The position numbers and the translations under genes were made by a program. Positions 46,123-54,500 of a stretch of 64,000 bases of DNA are shown one piece after another. Under the pieces are notes generated by a model. That model was not told where the DNA came from. It did no database searches and saw nothing but the letters and a program-made list of their open reading frames with translations. Source of the DNA: a virus. Each line of letters opens with the position of its first letter. Position 1 is the stretch's first letter. The stretch is taken from positions 1-64,000 of IMG/VR virus record IMGVR_UViG_3300037258_000145; one strand, given 5' to 3'.

Positions 46123-46366
46123 GTCGGCGCCGTTTGCGTCGAGGCAGGAGTGCGATGCGTTGGGCCATCTTCACCTCGGACTCCGCCTGTTTGGCTTTCC
46201 ACAACTCGGACGCCGACAGGGCGCGCTCGTACTGGCTGCGGAGGTAGCGCTCGCGTACCTCGTCGGGAGTCAGGGACCGACTGGAGTGTACGCCGCAGTA
46301 GCGACAGGGCTTGCCGGAGTCTGGGGCGCCGCAGTTCGGGCACCTCACTACGATGTCAGTGCTCAC
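46115..46366 (-). CDS. zinc-ribbon protein
   Basis: CPNCGAP...CRYCG. Confidence 0.6.
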   Translation of the reverse strand: MSTDIVVRCPNCGAPDSGKPCRYCGVHSSRSLTPDEVRERYLRSQYERALSASELWKAKQAESEVKMAQRIALLPRRKRRRHA

Positions 46367-46637
46367 ACCTGTCTCCTAGCTAGTCCTCGGGCTCCGTAAG
46401 TGCCCCAGCGGGTCCACTCGTCCATGGTGATGAGGATGGCGCCTTCGGACTGGGCTAGGCGCTCTAGGGCCTCCAGGTGGTCCGGAGATAGGCCGTCGTG
46501 GACGATCGTGGTCTTGAGTCGCGAGCCGTGGCCGACGCGGCGAGCCGACTTCTCTCTGATGGCGCTACGACGACGTACCTCGTCTGCGCTCATGTCGGCG
46601 AAGCTGCCGGCGCGTCTCCAGTCGCGGTAGGGCTTGG

Positions 46638-46997
46638 TCACGGCTTGTCGAAGCATTCTTGGGAGCAGAACCACTGACTGTCTCGCCACAAACCGCGCAG
46701 GCCGGTCTTGCCCGGTGCGAGCTTGAGGAAAGACGCCCCACAGCATTGGCAGGTGCGCTCGATCGACGTCGACGGCTTCGGGCTTCCCCAACAGGACTGT
46801 TGACGTACTGGCCAGTCGGGAACGTTCAACGGCTTAGCCCCGAGGCTCCCAATGAGGGCCTCCAGGCGGTCGGTGTAGGTCGGCGCTGGTTCGTGGCCGA
46901 GAGAGTCCTCTCCGGGCGTCCCAGGAGGCGCTACGCCGTCCGAGGGCACGTTCGACGCGAGGTTGGCGTGAGGCATGGTTTCGTCGGTCACGGCCAT
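46638..46997 (-). CDS. hypothetical protein with C-terminal CxxC..FCS.EC finger
   Basis: GGAGG RBS; Cys motif. Confidence 0.55.
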   Translation of the reverse strand: MAVTDETMPHANLASNVPSDGVAPPGTPGEDSLGHEPAPTYTDRLEALIGSLGAKPLNVPDWPVRQQSCWGSPKPSTSIERTCQCCGASFLKLAPGKTGLRGLWRDSQWFCSQECFDKP

Positions 46998-47308
46998 TGG
47001 ACCTCCGGCGGCCGTTTGGCTCGCAGGGCAAGGATGACCTGCGCCGCTATCGCCGTGTCCATTCCGTACACCGTAGACAGGACGCCGAGCAACATGGCGT
47101 CTTGGTCAGCGGCCTCGGCTACCGAGAGGAAGCGCATGGCCATCACTCGAAGCTCGGCCGGGTCGAGTTGGCCGGTCATGAATGAACCGTCCTCAGCTAT
47201 GGCTCGGATCGTGACGAAACCTCGGAACGTCGGCGCCTCGATCGGTCCACCCTGCGCGGTACCGCTGGTCACTTCGACGTTGACTAAGCCTGCCCAGGTC
47301 TTGGTCAC
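46988..47308 (-). CDS. hypothetical protein
   Basis: GTGA-coupled start at 47308; protein-like only in the 3' part of the track ORF. Confidence 0.55.
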   Translation of the reverse strand: MTKTWAGLVNVEVTSGTAQGGPIEAPTFRGFVTIRAIAEDGSFMTGQLDPAELRVMAMRFLSVAEAADQDAMLLGVLSTVYGMDTAIAAQVILALRAKRPPEVQWP

Positions 47309-47691
47309 GTCTTGTCCACGAAGATGTGAAGGGTGACGTTGCCGAGGTTGTCGCTGGCGCGGATGGCTCCGATGTAGGTCATGTCCTCTACGTCGTCGCA
47401 GGGGGTGTGGTCCGGGACCAGGGCGAAGGTGTACTTGCGGATGGGGAGGGTGTGGTCGAAGATGCCCCAGGCTATGAAGCCCATACCTGAGACGCTTTTG
47501 TCCACGCTCAGCCATCTGGCACCTTCGGGGGCTTGGACCTCTTGGGTCCTCATCATGGACAGGGGGACAGAGTGAATGAGCTTGCGGGGCTGCTCCACTG
47601 GGCACGGTACTCGCATTGCCTGGAGACGGTCCAGCGGTGTGCCCGCCCACGCGTCGCTGCCCATCTTGCCTAGACGGTCCTCGGCGCTCAC
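47305..47691 (-). CDS. hypothetical protein
   Basis: GAGGA RBS; coupled. Confidence 0.55.
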   Translation of the reverse strand: MSAEDRLGKMGSDAWAGTPLDRLQAMRVPCPVEQPRKLIHSVPLSMMRTQEVQAPEGARWLSVDKSVSGMGFIAWGIFDHTLPIRKYTFALVPDHTPCDDVEDMTYIGAIRASDNLGNVTLHIFVDKT

Positions 47692-47857
47692 GACTGGTCC
47701 TCTGCTGGCGGCAGCAAGCCCAGGAGCCGGCTGCGAAGTTCGATGATGGGCAGTAGGCGGTCCACGGTCGGCAGTGGGTTCTCGTCCAACTGACGCACAA
47801 GTAACTTCTCTATGGCGTCGAGGAGGATGAGCGTGGCTTGTAACTGGCTCTCGGCAC

Positions 47858-48085
47858 TCATGACTTCGCCTCGGGCAGCGGGGCCCGGTAGCGCTTCTCT
47901 ACGTTGAACCAGTAGCCGGGACGCACCTTTTCGCGTCCACCTTCTAGGGCTTTGGCGTAGGTGGAATAGGGACCGAACAGGGCGGGGCTGTCGCCGATGC
48001 TGACCCAGAACTCTACCTCTAGGCCTTCGGGGACGTCGAAGCGACGGGGTTTGGGTTTGGGGTTGCGCGGGGTTTCAGCCATCAC
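47858..48085 (-). CDS. hypothetical protein
   Basis: Coupled ORF. Confidence 0.55.
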   Translation of the reverse strand: MMAETPRNPKPKPRRFDVPEGLEVEFWVSIGDSPALFGPYSTYAKALEGGREKVRPGYWFNVEKRYRAPLPEAKS

Positions 48086-48375
48086 GGCATTTCCAGAAGT
48101 CGGTCCAGATAGTTGAACGCTTGGTCTACCAAGGCGGGGGTCAGAGATACCTCATGGTCCTCATCATCCACCAGGAGCAGTACGTGACCGCCATCGCATT
48201 TCAGTTCCCAACTGATTTCGTAGGGCGTGGGTTCTGCGAAGTCATCGGTGCAGGTGAAGCCGTAATATCGCACTAGCTCGCCACAGGGTTCTATCCGGTG
48301 CTCACGGTGGTAAGCGAAGTCGTCATTGGACCACGCCCTTACCACGGGCAGAAGACACGTCGGTTGATCAGCCAT
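48082..48375 (-). CDS. hypothetical protein
   Basis: ATG at 48375 overlapping the upstream stop region. Confidence 0.55.
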   Translation of the reverse strand: MADQPTCLLPVVRAWSNDDFAYHREHRIEPCGELVRYYGFTCTDDFAEPTPYEISWELKCDGGHVLLLVDDEDHEVSLTPALVDQAFNYLDRLLEMP

Positions 48376-48694
48376 GGTCCGGCTCCAAATACGCGCGGTC
48401 ACCGCGCGCTTTCAGTTCGTCGGCCACTAGATCGGCCAAGTGGTCGAGGGCGTCGGGTGGGATCATGGCGGTTGAGAACTCAATATCGCCGACGATGACG
48501 AAGATTGGGGGCGGGTCAACACCTCGATAGAGGAAATTAGCCTCGATGGCATCCTGTAACTGGTGGCCTGCCTCCCAGCTCAGGCTTGGGCTCTTGACGA
48601 CCAGCATCTCGCCCGGTTTCAACTCCAGCTTGGCTATCTCGACGCGGACCGCCTCAGCGATCACAGGGACTTGGACCAAGGGGACTTCAGCCAT
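48368..48694 (-). CDS. hypothetical protein flanked by 16-bp direct repeats
   Basis: KLELKPG.MLVV motif; contains palindrome A. Confidence 0.6.
   Translation of the reverse strand: MAEVPLVQVPVIAEAVRVEIAKLELKPGEMLVVKSPSLSWEAGHQLQDAIEANFLYRGVDPPPIFVIVGDIEFSTAMIPPDALDHLADLVADELKARGDRAYLEPDHG
48387..48414. repeat. palindrome A, copy 5 (intragenic)
   Basis: AAATA CGCGCGGTCACCGCGCG CTTTCA. Confidence 0.95.
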
Positions 48695-48911
48695 GGTCCG
48701 GCACCTTCACTACGAGCAGGGCCGCTTTCAAGGCCTGCCAGTCAGCGTAATCCGGCACTCCGTGACCCTCGCCCTGGACGCAGGCCTCAATGGCGTGGAC
48801 AAGGTCAAGGACCGATTCAATATCTCTTTTCAGGACCGTCATTCCAGCGCCAGGATTTAGATAGCCCTGGGTAAGACGGTCCAACGCACTCGTTGGTTGT
48901 GTGGTGGTCAT
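48687..48911 (-). CDS. hypothetical protein, leaderless
   Basis: ATG just after promoter motif C. Confidence 0.6.
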   Translation of the reverse strand: MTTTQPTSALDRLTQGYLNPGAGMTVLKRDIESVLDLVHAIEACVQGEGHGVPDYADWQALKAALLVVKVPDHG

Positions 48912-48913
48912 AG

Positions 48914-48927
48914 AAAGGAAGCTTAGC
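48914..48927 (-). promoter_or_regulatory. promoter motif C (leaderless)
   Basis: GCTAAGCTTCCTTT followed by CT-ATG. Confidence 0.65.
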
Positions 48928-48944
48928 GCATCTAAGCTAGGGCC

Positions 48945-49229
48945 ATGGACCGCAGTTTGAACATCCTCGCCAAGTCGATCCACCGCGTCGCCAACAAGCG
49001 GGCACCGATGGTCCCAGCTACCCCGTTGTTTGGGACAGTGGTCAGCGTTCAGACGGGTTCAGGACCAACAACGATCTCGCTGGAGATAGGCAAGACGGGG
49101 TCGATCATCGTTGGCGTCGGGATTCTCGGCAACGGATCCGGATGGACGCCCTCACCTGGCGAGCAGGTCTATTACAACTCCATCAGGAACGTACCGCTGG
49201 CACTGGGGCCGGCCGGCAATCCGGCTTAG
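48945..49229 (+). CDS. small OB-fold tail-tip/spike-like protein
   Basis: GTVVSV...L.IG....V..LG...WTP.PGEQV.......LALG pattern; ATG 6 nt after TAAGCT. Confidence 0.55.
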   Translation: MDRSLNILAKSIHRVANKRAPMVPATPLFGTVVSVQTGSGPTTISLEIGKTGSIIVGVGILGNGSGWTPSPGEQVYYNSIRNVPLALGPAGNPA

Positions 49230-49681
49230 AGGTACTTCCCCCAGCGCTCCTTATCCTCAGCGCCGCGTCGTGAACCAAAGAGCGTGTCGTCTTGGCGCGG
49301 TCTGCTCTCGCATCCCCATGGCCGAGTAGGTACGTCGGACTCCTTCACGAAGCCAGCTGCCTTGAGGCTGACCCCAGGTTCGGAGACCAGCTTGTACGTG
49401 ATCACATGCCGATAGCCAAGCGCCTTTGCGGCCCGAGTTAGGGCACCGTAAAGCATGGAGTTGGCCATAGGAGTGCCCAGCGTGCAAGTACGTGTGATCT
49501 CGACCGTCCGACCGTCCTGCGCCCCGCGGCCGACTGGTCTGCCCGCCACTCCTACTCCGACCAATTCATCGCCCTCGCTCAGCCCCACGCCAAAGAGCCA
49601 GCCGATCGGAGGTTCACTGTGGCGATGGTGCTCGGCAATGAAGATGCGCGCCTGACGAAGCGTGATCGGGATCAGGACCAC
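49226..49681 (-). CDS. XF1762-family (Mom-like GNAT) protein
   Basis: HHRH..PP.G, GRPV.R..DG.T.E.TR.CT, NSMLYGA..RAA.ALGY, E.G.SLKAAG. Confidence 0.85.
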   Translation of the reverse strand: MVLIPITLRQARIFIAEHHRHSEPPIGWLFGVGLSEGDELVGVGVAGRPVGRGAQDGRTVEITRTCTLGTPMANSMLYGALTRAAKALGYRHVITYKLVSEPGVSLKAAGFVKESDVPTRPWGCESRPRQDDTLFGSRRGAEDKERWGKYL

Positions 49682-49687
49682 TGTCCG

Positions 49688-50281
49688 TCAGGACGCGCAT
49701 ACGGCGTAGGCCGTGATAGTGGCGCTCTGACCGGGCTCCAGGACGCCGAAGAACGTCACGCTCCATCCCGTAGACGGGCTACCCGTCGGCACTGAACCGG
49801 TCATGGGAAGAGGCTCAGCAGGTGGCCGGGCGTAGGTCATGGTCCCGCCTCCGCCTAAGGCGTAGTCACCGGACGGGCAGAACGTCGACTCGATCCATGT
49901 CCCGTTGGTCCCCTCAGGGACCGGCAAGGTGTTGGAGACCACGAAAGAACTCGCTATGGACGCTGGAGCTATCACTGTGACCGGGCCGGGTGTCCCCGGT
50001 AGTCCTTCAGGTCCTTCAGGCCCTGACGCACCCTGAGGGCCTTGTGGACCGGTCAGGCCAGGTTGTCCGGCTGGGCCTTGGGCGTTGACGGGCTCGGACT
50101 TGGTACCTGTTGGGCACTTGCCCTCTTTGGCGCTGTAGACCAGACCAGCCTTGACACAGACGTGGTAGACGGGCGCGGGCGTCGATCCGAAGGCCAGGAC
50201 ACTGCCACCTACGACCAGCCCGAAGATGAGGACGACAACCAAGAAGGGAGCGATGATGCCGGGACTGCTGCGAGTGCTCAT
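49688..50281 (-). CDS. secreted collagen-like (Gly-X-Y) protein
   Basis: Signal/TM segment, about 10 GXY triplets, C-terminal CP.G..ALGGG...AYAVC domain. Confidence 0.85.
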   Translation of the reverse strand: MSTRSSPGIIAPFLVVVLIFGLVVGGSVLAFGSTPAPVYHVCVKAGLVYSAKEGKCPTGTKSEPVNAQGPAGQPGLTGPQGPQGASGPEGPEGLPGTPGPVTVIAPASIASSFVVSNTLPVPEGTNGTWIESTFCPSGDYALGGGGTMTYARPPAEPLPMTGSVPTGSPSTGWSVTFFGVLEPGQSATITAYAVCAS

Positions 50282-50437
50282 AGCCTGAGAGTACGTCCTG
50301 CAAGGTCCCTTAGTGGATATTCGAACAGACGTGCGATGTGGCGTAGGGGCCGGTTGTCATCTCAGCAAGGGCATCTCGTTCTCAACTCTTAGATGCCACG
50401 GTATCGGTCTCGCGAGCCCCGACCCCTGTTGCAAAGC

Positions 50438-50914
50438 CTACATCGGCCGCAGCACGTGGCCTACCGGAGGCTGGTGGACGTGAGGTCGGAGCGGGGCTAG
50501 CTCGGCTGCTATGGCGTCGTCCAAGCGCGCCCAGTGCCCTGGTCCTGAACCCATGTCCCGCTGCACGGCCTCGGCCATCAGGTAGGGCAAGGTCTCCATC
50601 AGTTCGGCCCGGAAGCGCACACAGCCGAGCGAACCTGATACCAGCCGGTCGATCGGGCCCTTGGCGTCATGCGCATAATATTCGAATATGCACCACAGTT
50701 CGGGGCAGTATTCAAACTCTTTGAACACGTCAGCATGCGGGATTACATCGTGCTCGATGATCGTAAAATCCTGGCATTCGCTCCACAGACGGCACAGAAG
50801 TTGTCCGTAGGCGAACCGGTTGCCCCCGACGTCTACGGCTTCATAGTTGGAGTGGAACAGGGCGCTAATGGTTTCAGGGGTGATGTAGGGCGTGAAGGGA
50901 ACGACGATGCGCAC
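50438..50914 (-). CDS. glycosyltransferase GT-A-like protein
   Basis: IVVPF start, FTIIEHDVIP (DxD-like), LGCVRF, D..I, H....GH. Confidence 0.6.
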   Translation of the reverse strand: MRIVVPFTPYITPETISALFHSNYEAVDVGGNRFAYGQLLCRLWSECQDFTIIEHDVIPHADVFKEFEYCPELWCIFEYYAHDAKGPIDRLVSGSLGCVRFRAELMETLPYLMAEAVQRDMGSGPGHWARLDDAIAAELAPLRPHVHQPPVGHVLRPM

Positions 50915-50925
50915 GCTAAGCGAGG

Positions 50926-51477
50926 TTAGCTGTTATCCTTCGTGCCCGGCAGCTCCTCACGGGCGTCTTCATGCGGTACTACATGATTCCAACTCCGACC
51001 TTTCATGATGTGCACGATAGTGCTCGGCACCACGGCGAACAGAACAGCGATGTCCTTGACCATCACCCCGCTGGCCCGTAACCGCCGTACCTCCTCGACC
51101 TGTTCAGGCGTCAGTTTGGACCGACCTGGATTGGGACGGCCCTTGGCCATCCGGTCATGCACGTTGTCGGCGGCCGTGCCCAAGAACAGATGCGAGGGAC
51201 GGACACAGAGCGTGTTGTCACAGTGGTGACAGACCTGGAGTCCTGTTGGAACCGGACCGTAAGCCCACTCCCACGACAGTCGATGCGCCGAGAGTTTGTT
51301 GTCCGTAGACAACCCCGTAGACGACAACATGCCGTACGCAGGTCTGGGACGGGATCTCGTTTTGCGATGAGCCCCAGTCCATACCCAGCACGGTCCGAGA
51401 TGCAGCATGTGAGCGGGAATCGGGCCGTCCTTGTTGACCTTGACCCAAAAACGCTCGGCGAGAGTAGCCTTTGACAC
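50926..51477 (-). CDS. HNH homing endonuclease with C-terminal HTH
   Basis: RFWVKV..CWVWTG..AHRLSW..VCHHCDN..CVRPSHL..GT..DN; AGGAGG RBS and GTG at 51477. Confidence 0.92.
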   Translation of the reverse strand: MSKATLAERFWVKVNKDGPIPAHMLHLGPCWVWTGAHRKTRSRPRPAYGMLSSTGLSTDNKLSAHRLSWEWAYGPVPTGLQVCHHCDNTLCVRPSHLFLGTAADNVHDRMAKGRPNPGRSKLTPEQVEEVRRLRASGVMVKDIAVLFAVVPSTIVHIMKGRSWNHVVPHEDAREELPGTKDNS

Positions 51478-51545
51478 CGTCAGTCCTCCTATCCAGGATT
51501 GTCCACGCCCGGGGCCGTACCAGCGGTGCCCGGGCAACCTCTATC

Positions 51546-54500
51546 TTACTTGGTACCAGGTAATTCTTCCCGCACATCCTCACGTGGCACGTCGTGATTT
51601 TTTGTGTTGTACTGCATCTGGCGCACCTTCTGTGGCCAGTCTGCGTCTCCGCTGCCCGGGGTCCCCACCCAGGCAGCGGAGGTGGTGTGCCCTGCCTTTT
51701 GGAGCGCTTCGGTGCGGTAGTACCCGTCAGCGATGACCATCTTCGGCCCCGCGCCCGCCACTAAGACAATGGGCTTGGGCTGCTTGCCGCCCTTGATCTC
51801 TTCCACCTTTTCCTCGACACGGGCGGGGTCGCGCCCGCCGGGGCGGTGGGCCATTTCGATGTCGTCGAGGGCGACGGCGGGCTTTAGCTGCCACTCGCAA
51901 CCCTTCACCCAGTCCAGGTCGACCTTGTCGTAGTGCTTGGCCAGGTACTTGTAGACGTGGTCAGCGGCATCGTCGTCGTCGTCGGCCTTACCGTAGGCGC
52001 CGGGCTTCACCTGTCCTTCAGGCCAGGGAGCGGGCGCTTTGGTAGCGGTGTAGCCGGGAGGGAGGCGGCGGTTCAGGAGGGATTCGAACGACTCCTCGTC
52101 GGACTTCAGCGCCGGCGCGGCCAGGGTGTGCATGATCTGAGGCAAGCTCGCCATCATTTCGGGACGTAGTGGGAGCTGAGCCAGGTGGTTGGGGTCGAAC
52201 CACGCCACGGCCTCGAAGCTGTCGCCGTCGGGATTGTTCACCTCGCGCCATTCGCCCTGGTTGACATCCACGCTCGCCTCATGGGCTGTCTCGACCACGA
52301 AGCCCTGATAGATGCCGCTCGTCCAGGAGCCGAGCCACTTGGCGTCTGCCGGTAGGAAGGTCCCTACCTCTTCGCCCCATTCCCTCGCCGCGCCTTGCTC
52401 GGGTGATTCGCCCGCCTCAAGATGTCCCCCTGGCAATTCCCACATGCCGGCGCAGGGGTCAGAGGGGTCGTTGGCCCGCTGGAGCAGTAGGACTCGCCCG
52501 GAGTCGAAGGCACGGAGCAAAGCGCCAGCACAGGTGACCTGAGGCGTGGCTGTGGTCATCGCTGGGCCTTCGGAATCGGGGCCCTGTGCCTTGGCGGCGT
52601 TGGCTTCGTCGAGGCGTTGCTGGCCCCACTGCTTGGGGTGCTTGGCTGGCTTCTTGCCGCACTGGAGGCAGCGCACTCCTGAGCCGACGTAGGCATGGCG
52701 TTGGGTGCGCTCGGCGACGTTGTTCGGTGCTACCTGGCCCGGTTCGGGGCCTGAGAGGTCGAAGGGGACAAAGCCAGTGTCCAGGGGTGCTCCGACGCTG
52801 ATGTCCTTGGGAGTCGCGCGCGTGCGACTTTTGCTCATCCATGCGGGATCGGTGCCCTGCGTGGTCTGGCGGGCGATCGAGGGGCTTTGGGTCTGAGCTA
52901 GGACCGAGTCGCCCTGCTCATAACTGAGCGAGCAGGCGCAGGCGGGCCCTCCGAGGCACAGGGTATCTTGGCCGTAGTCCCCGTCTCCAGGGAATCCGGG
53001 CAGATCAGCGGGGCTAAACGTCTGGCCGTCGAGAGCCAGGCAGTTCTCACAATTTTCGGCGTCACCGAGGGTCCAGCGGATCACACTGTTGGTGCCATCG
53101 GCATCCGGCGCCGCGGCGATGTAGCCCTGCTCGTACGGCGCCGTGAGCCCATCGGCGTAAGATTGGACCCTGGTAGCGGTCGACTGCGCCCCGCTCGGTG
53201 CGTTGACCGCGCCTGCGACAACTCCACCGACTACGTCGAGAGCTAGGTCCTTCAGGTACGGCATCATGCTCATGGCCCGGGTTTGAGCTAGGGCGGGGGC
53301 ACTCTCGGGACTGGGTGGGCTGGCAGCGTCCCCCCAGTCACCAGCCCCGCTACCGGCACCAGCGGTATATGCGTCCTGGTATGCCTGAGCCAGGATGGGG
53401 ATGGCGGCCGGCGCGAACTGGGCGGGCTTTAGCTTGTGATCGGTGAGCTTGTGCACCAGGGCGGTCAGACCGGCCATCAGGGAGGCTCTGGGCTTGGCCA
53501 GAGCGGTCTCCCGGTGGTCTAGCCGTCTCTGGGCCTTAGCGGCCTTCAGGGCGGCCGTGGCGGGGTCCTGCTCGCCTTTGGCGGCCTTCAGGGCGGCAGG
53601 GCGCAGTGCTCGGGGCTCGAAGCTCTCCAGCGACTTGCCGCGGGCCAGATAGCGGCGCAGGGCGCGCAGTTCGTTTGCCTTCTCTTTTTGGCTGGCCGAT
53701 TCGTGCGGCTCGGCATCTCCCGCCGCCGTCAGGCCTTGGTCGGCGGTGCTCTTGTCGGGTTCAGGAGCATTGCCGTTGGCGGGCGGTTTGGGTAGAGCAG
53801 GAGGCTTGTTGCCGGGCTTAGGCGGCGCTGGCGGCTTGCTAGCGCCGCCCTCAGGTGGCAAGGGTCGGGAGTTGGCGTCGATCGGGGCCGGACCTGAGCC
53901 GGGCGGAGGGGGCGGAGTTTGGCCCATGGGGATAACGCCGGTCGGGAGGAATTGGAGCGGCACCATCGACCAAGGCTCGTTGTAGGTCTTCAGGTCCAAC
54001 GCGATGCACGCTTCGTCGATCGAGGTGAGAGACGCCTTGACGAGTGCAACTTGGTCGGTGATGCGGTCCGACAAGGTCTCGCCCTGGTCCATGACTCCCC
54101 AGGACCACGCCATGTCCGTCTGGCCGAACTTGCCCCGGATCAGGGGATCGAACAGGCCCGTTTTCAGCTTCTTGGCCAGGGGGATGGCACTGCGGCGCGT
54201 CGTCTGGTCGGCGGCTTGGGTGGCGGCGTTCTTGGAGGCCGCCGGGCTCATCATCGAAGAGAGCTTGGGGGTGATGCCGAGGTCGCTGATCGACAAGCCG
54301 AACGGCATGGCGATGAGTGAGGTAAACCACGTGTCGATGTCGTCGGAGAGGTCGGCCGGCTTTTGGGGACTGACTTTTGCTCCAGGCGGTGTGACAATGA
54401 CTTGATGCATGTTGGCGAGGTCGCCACCGAGTTGGTTGATCGCCTGCATGAGCTGGCGGGCTTCCTCGGGCGTAGCGATCGACTCGCCGGGGTCCATGAA

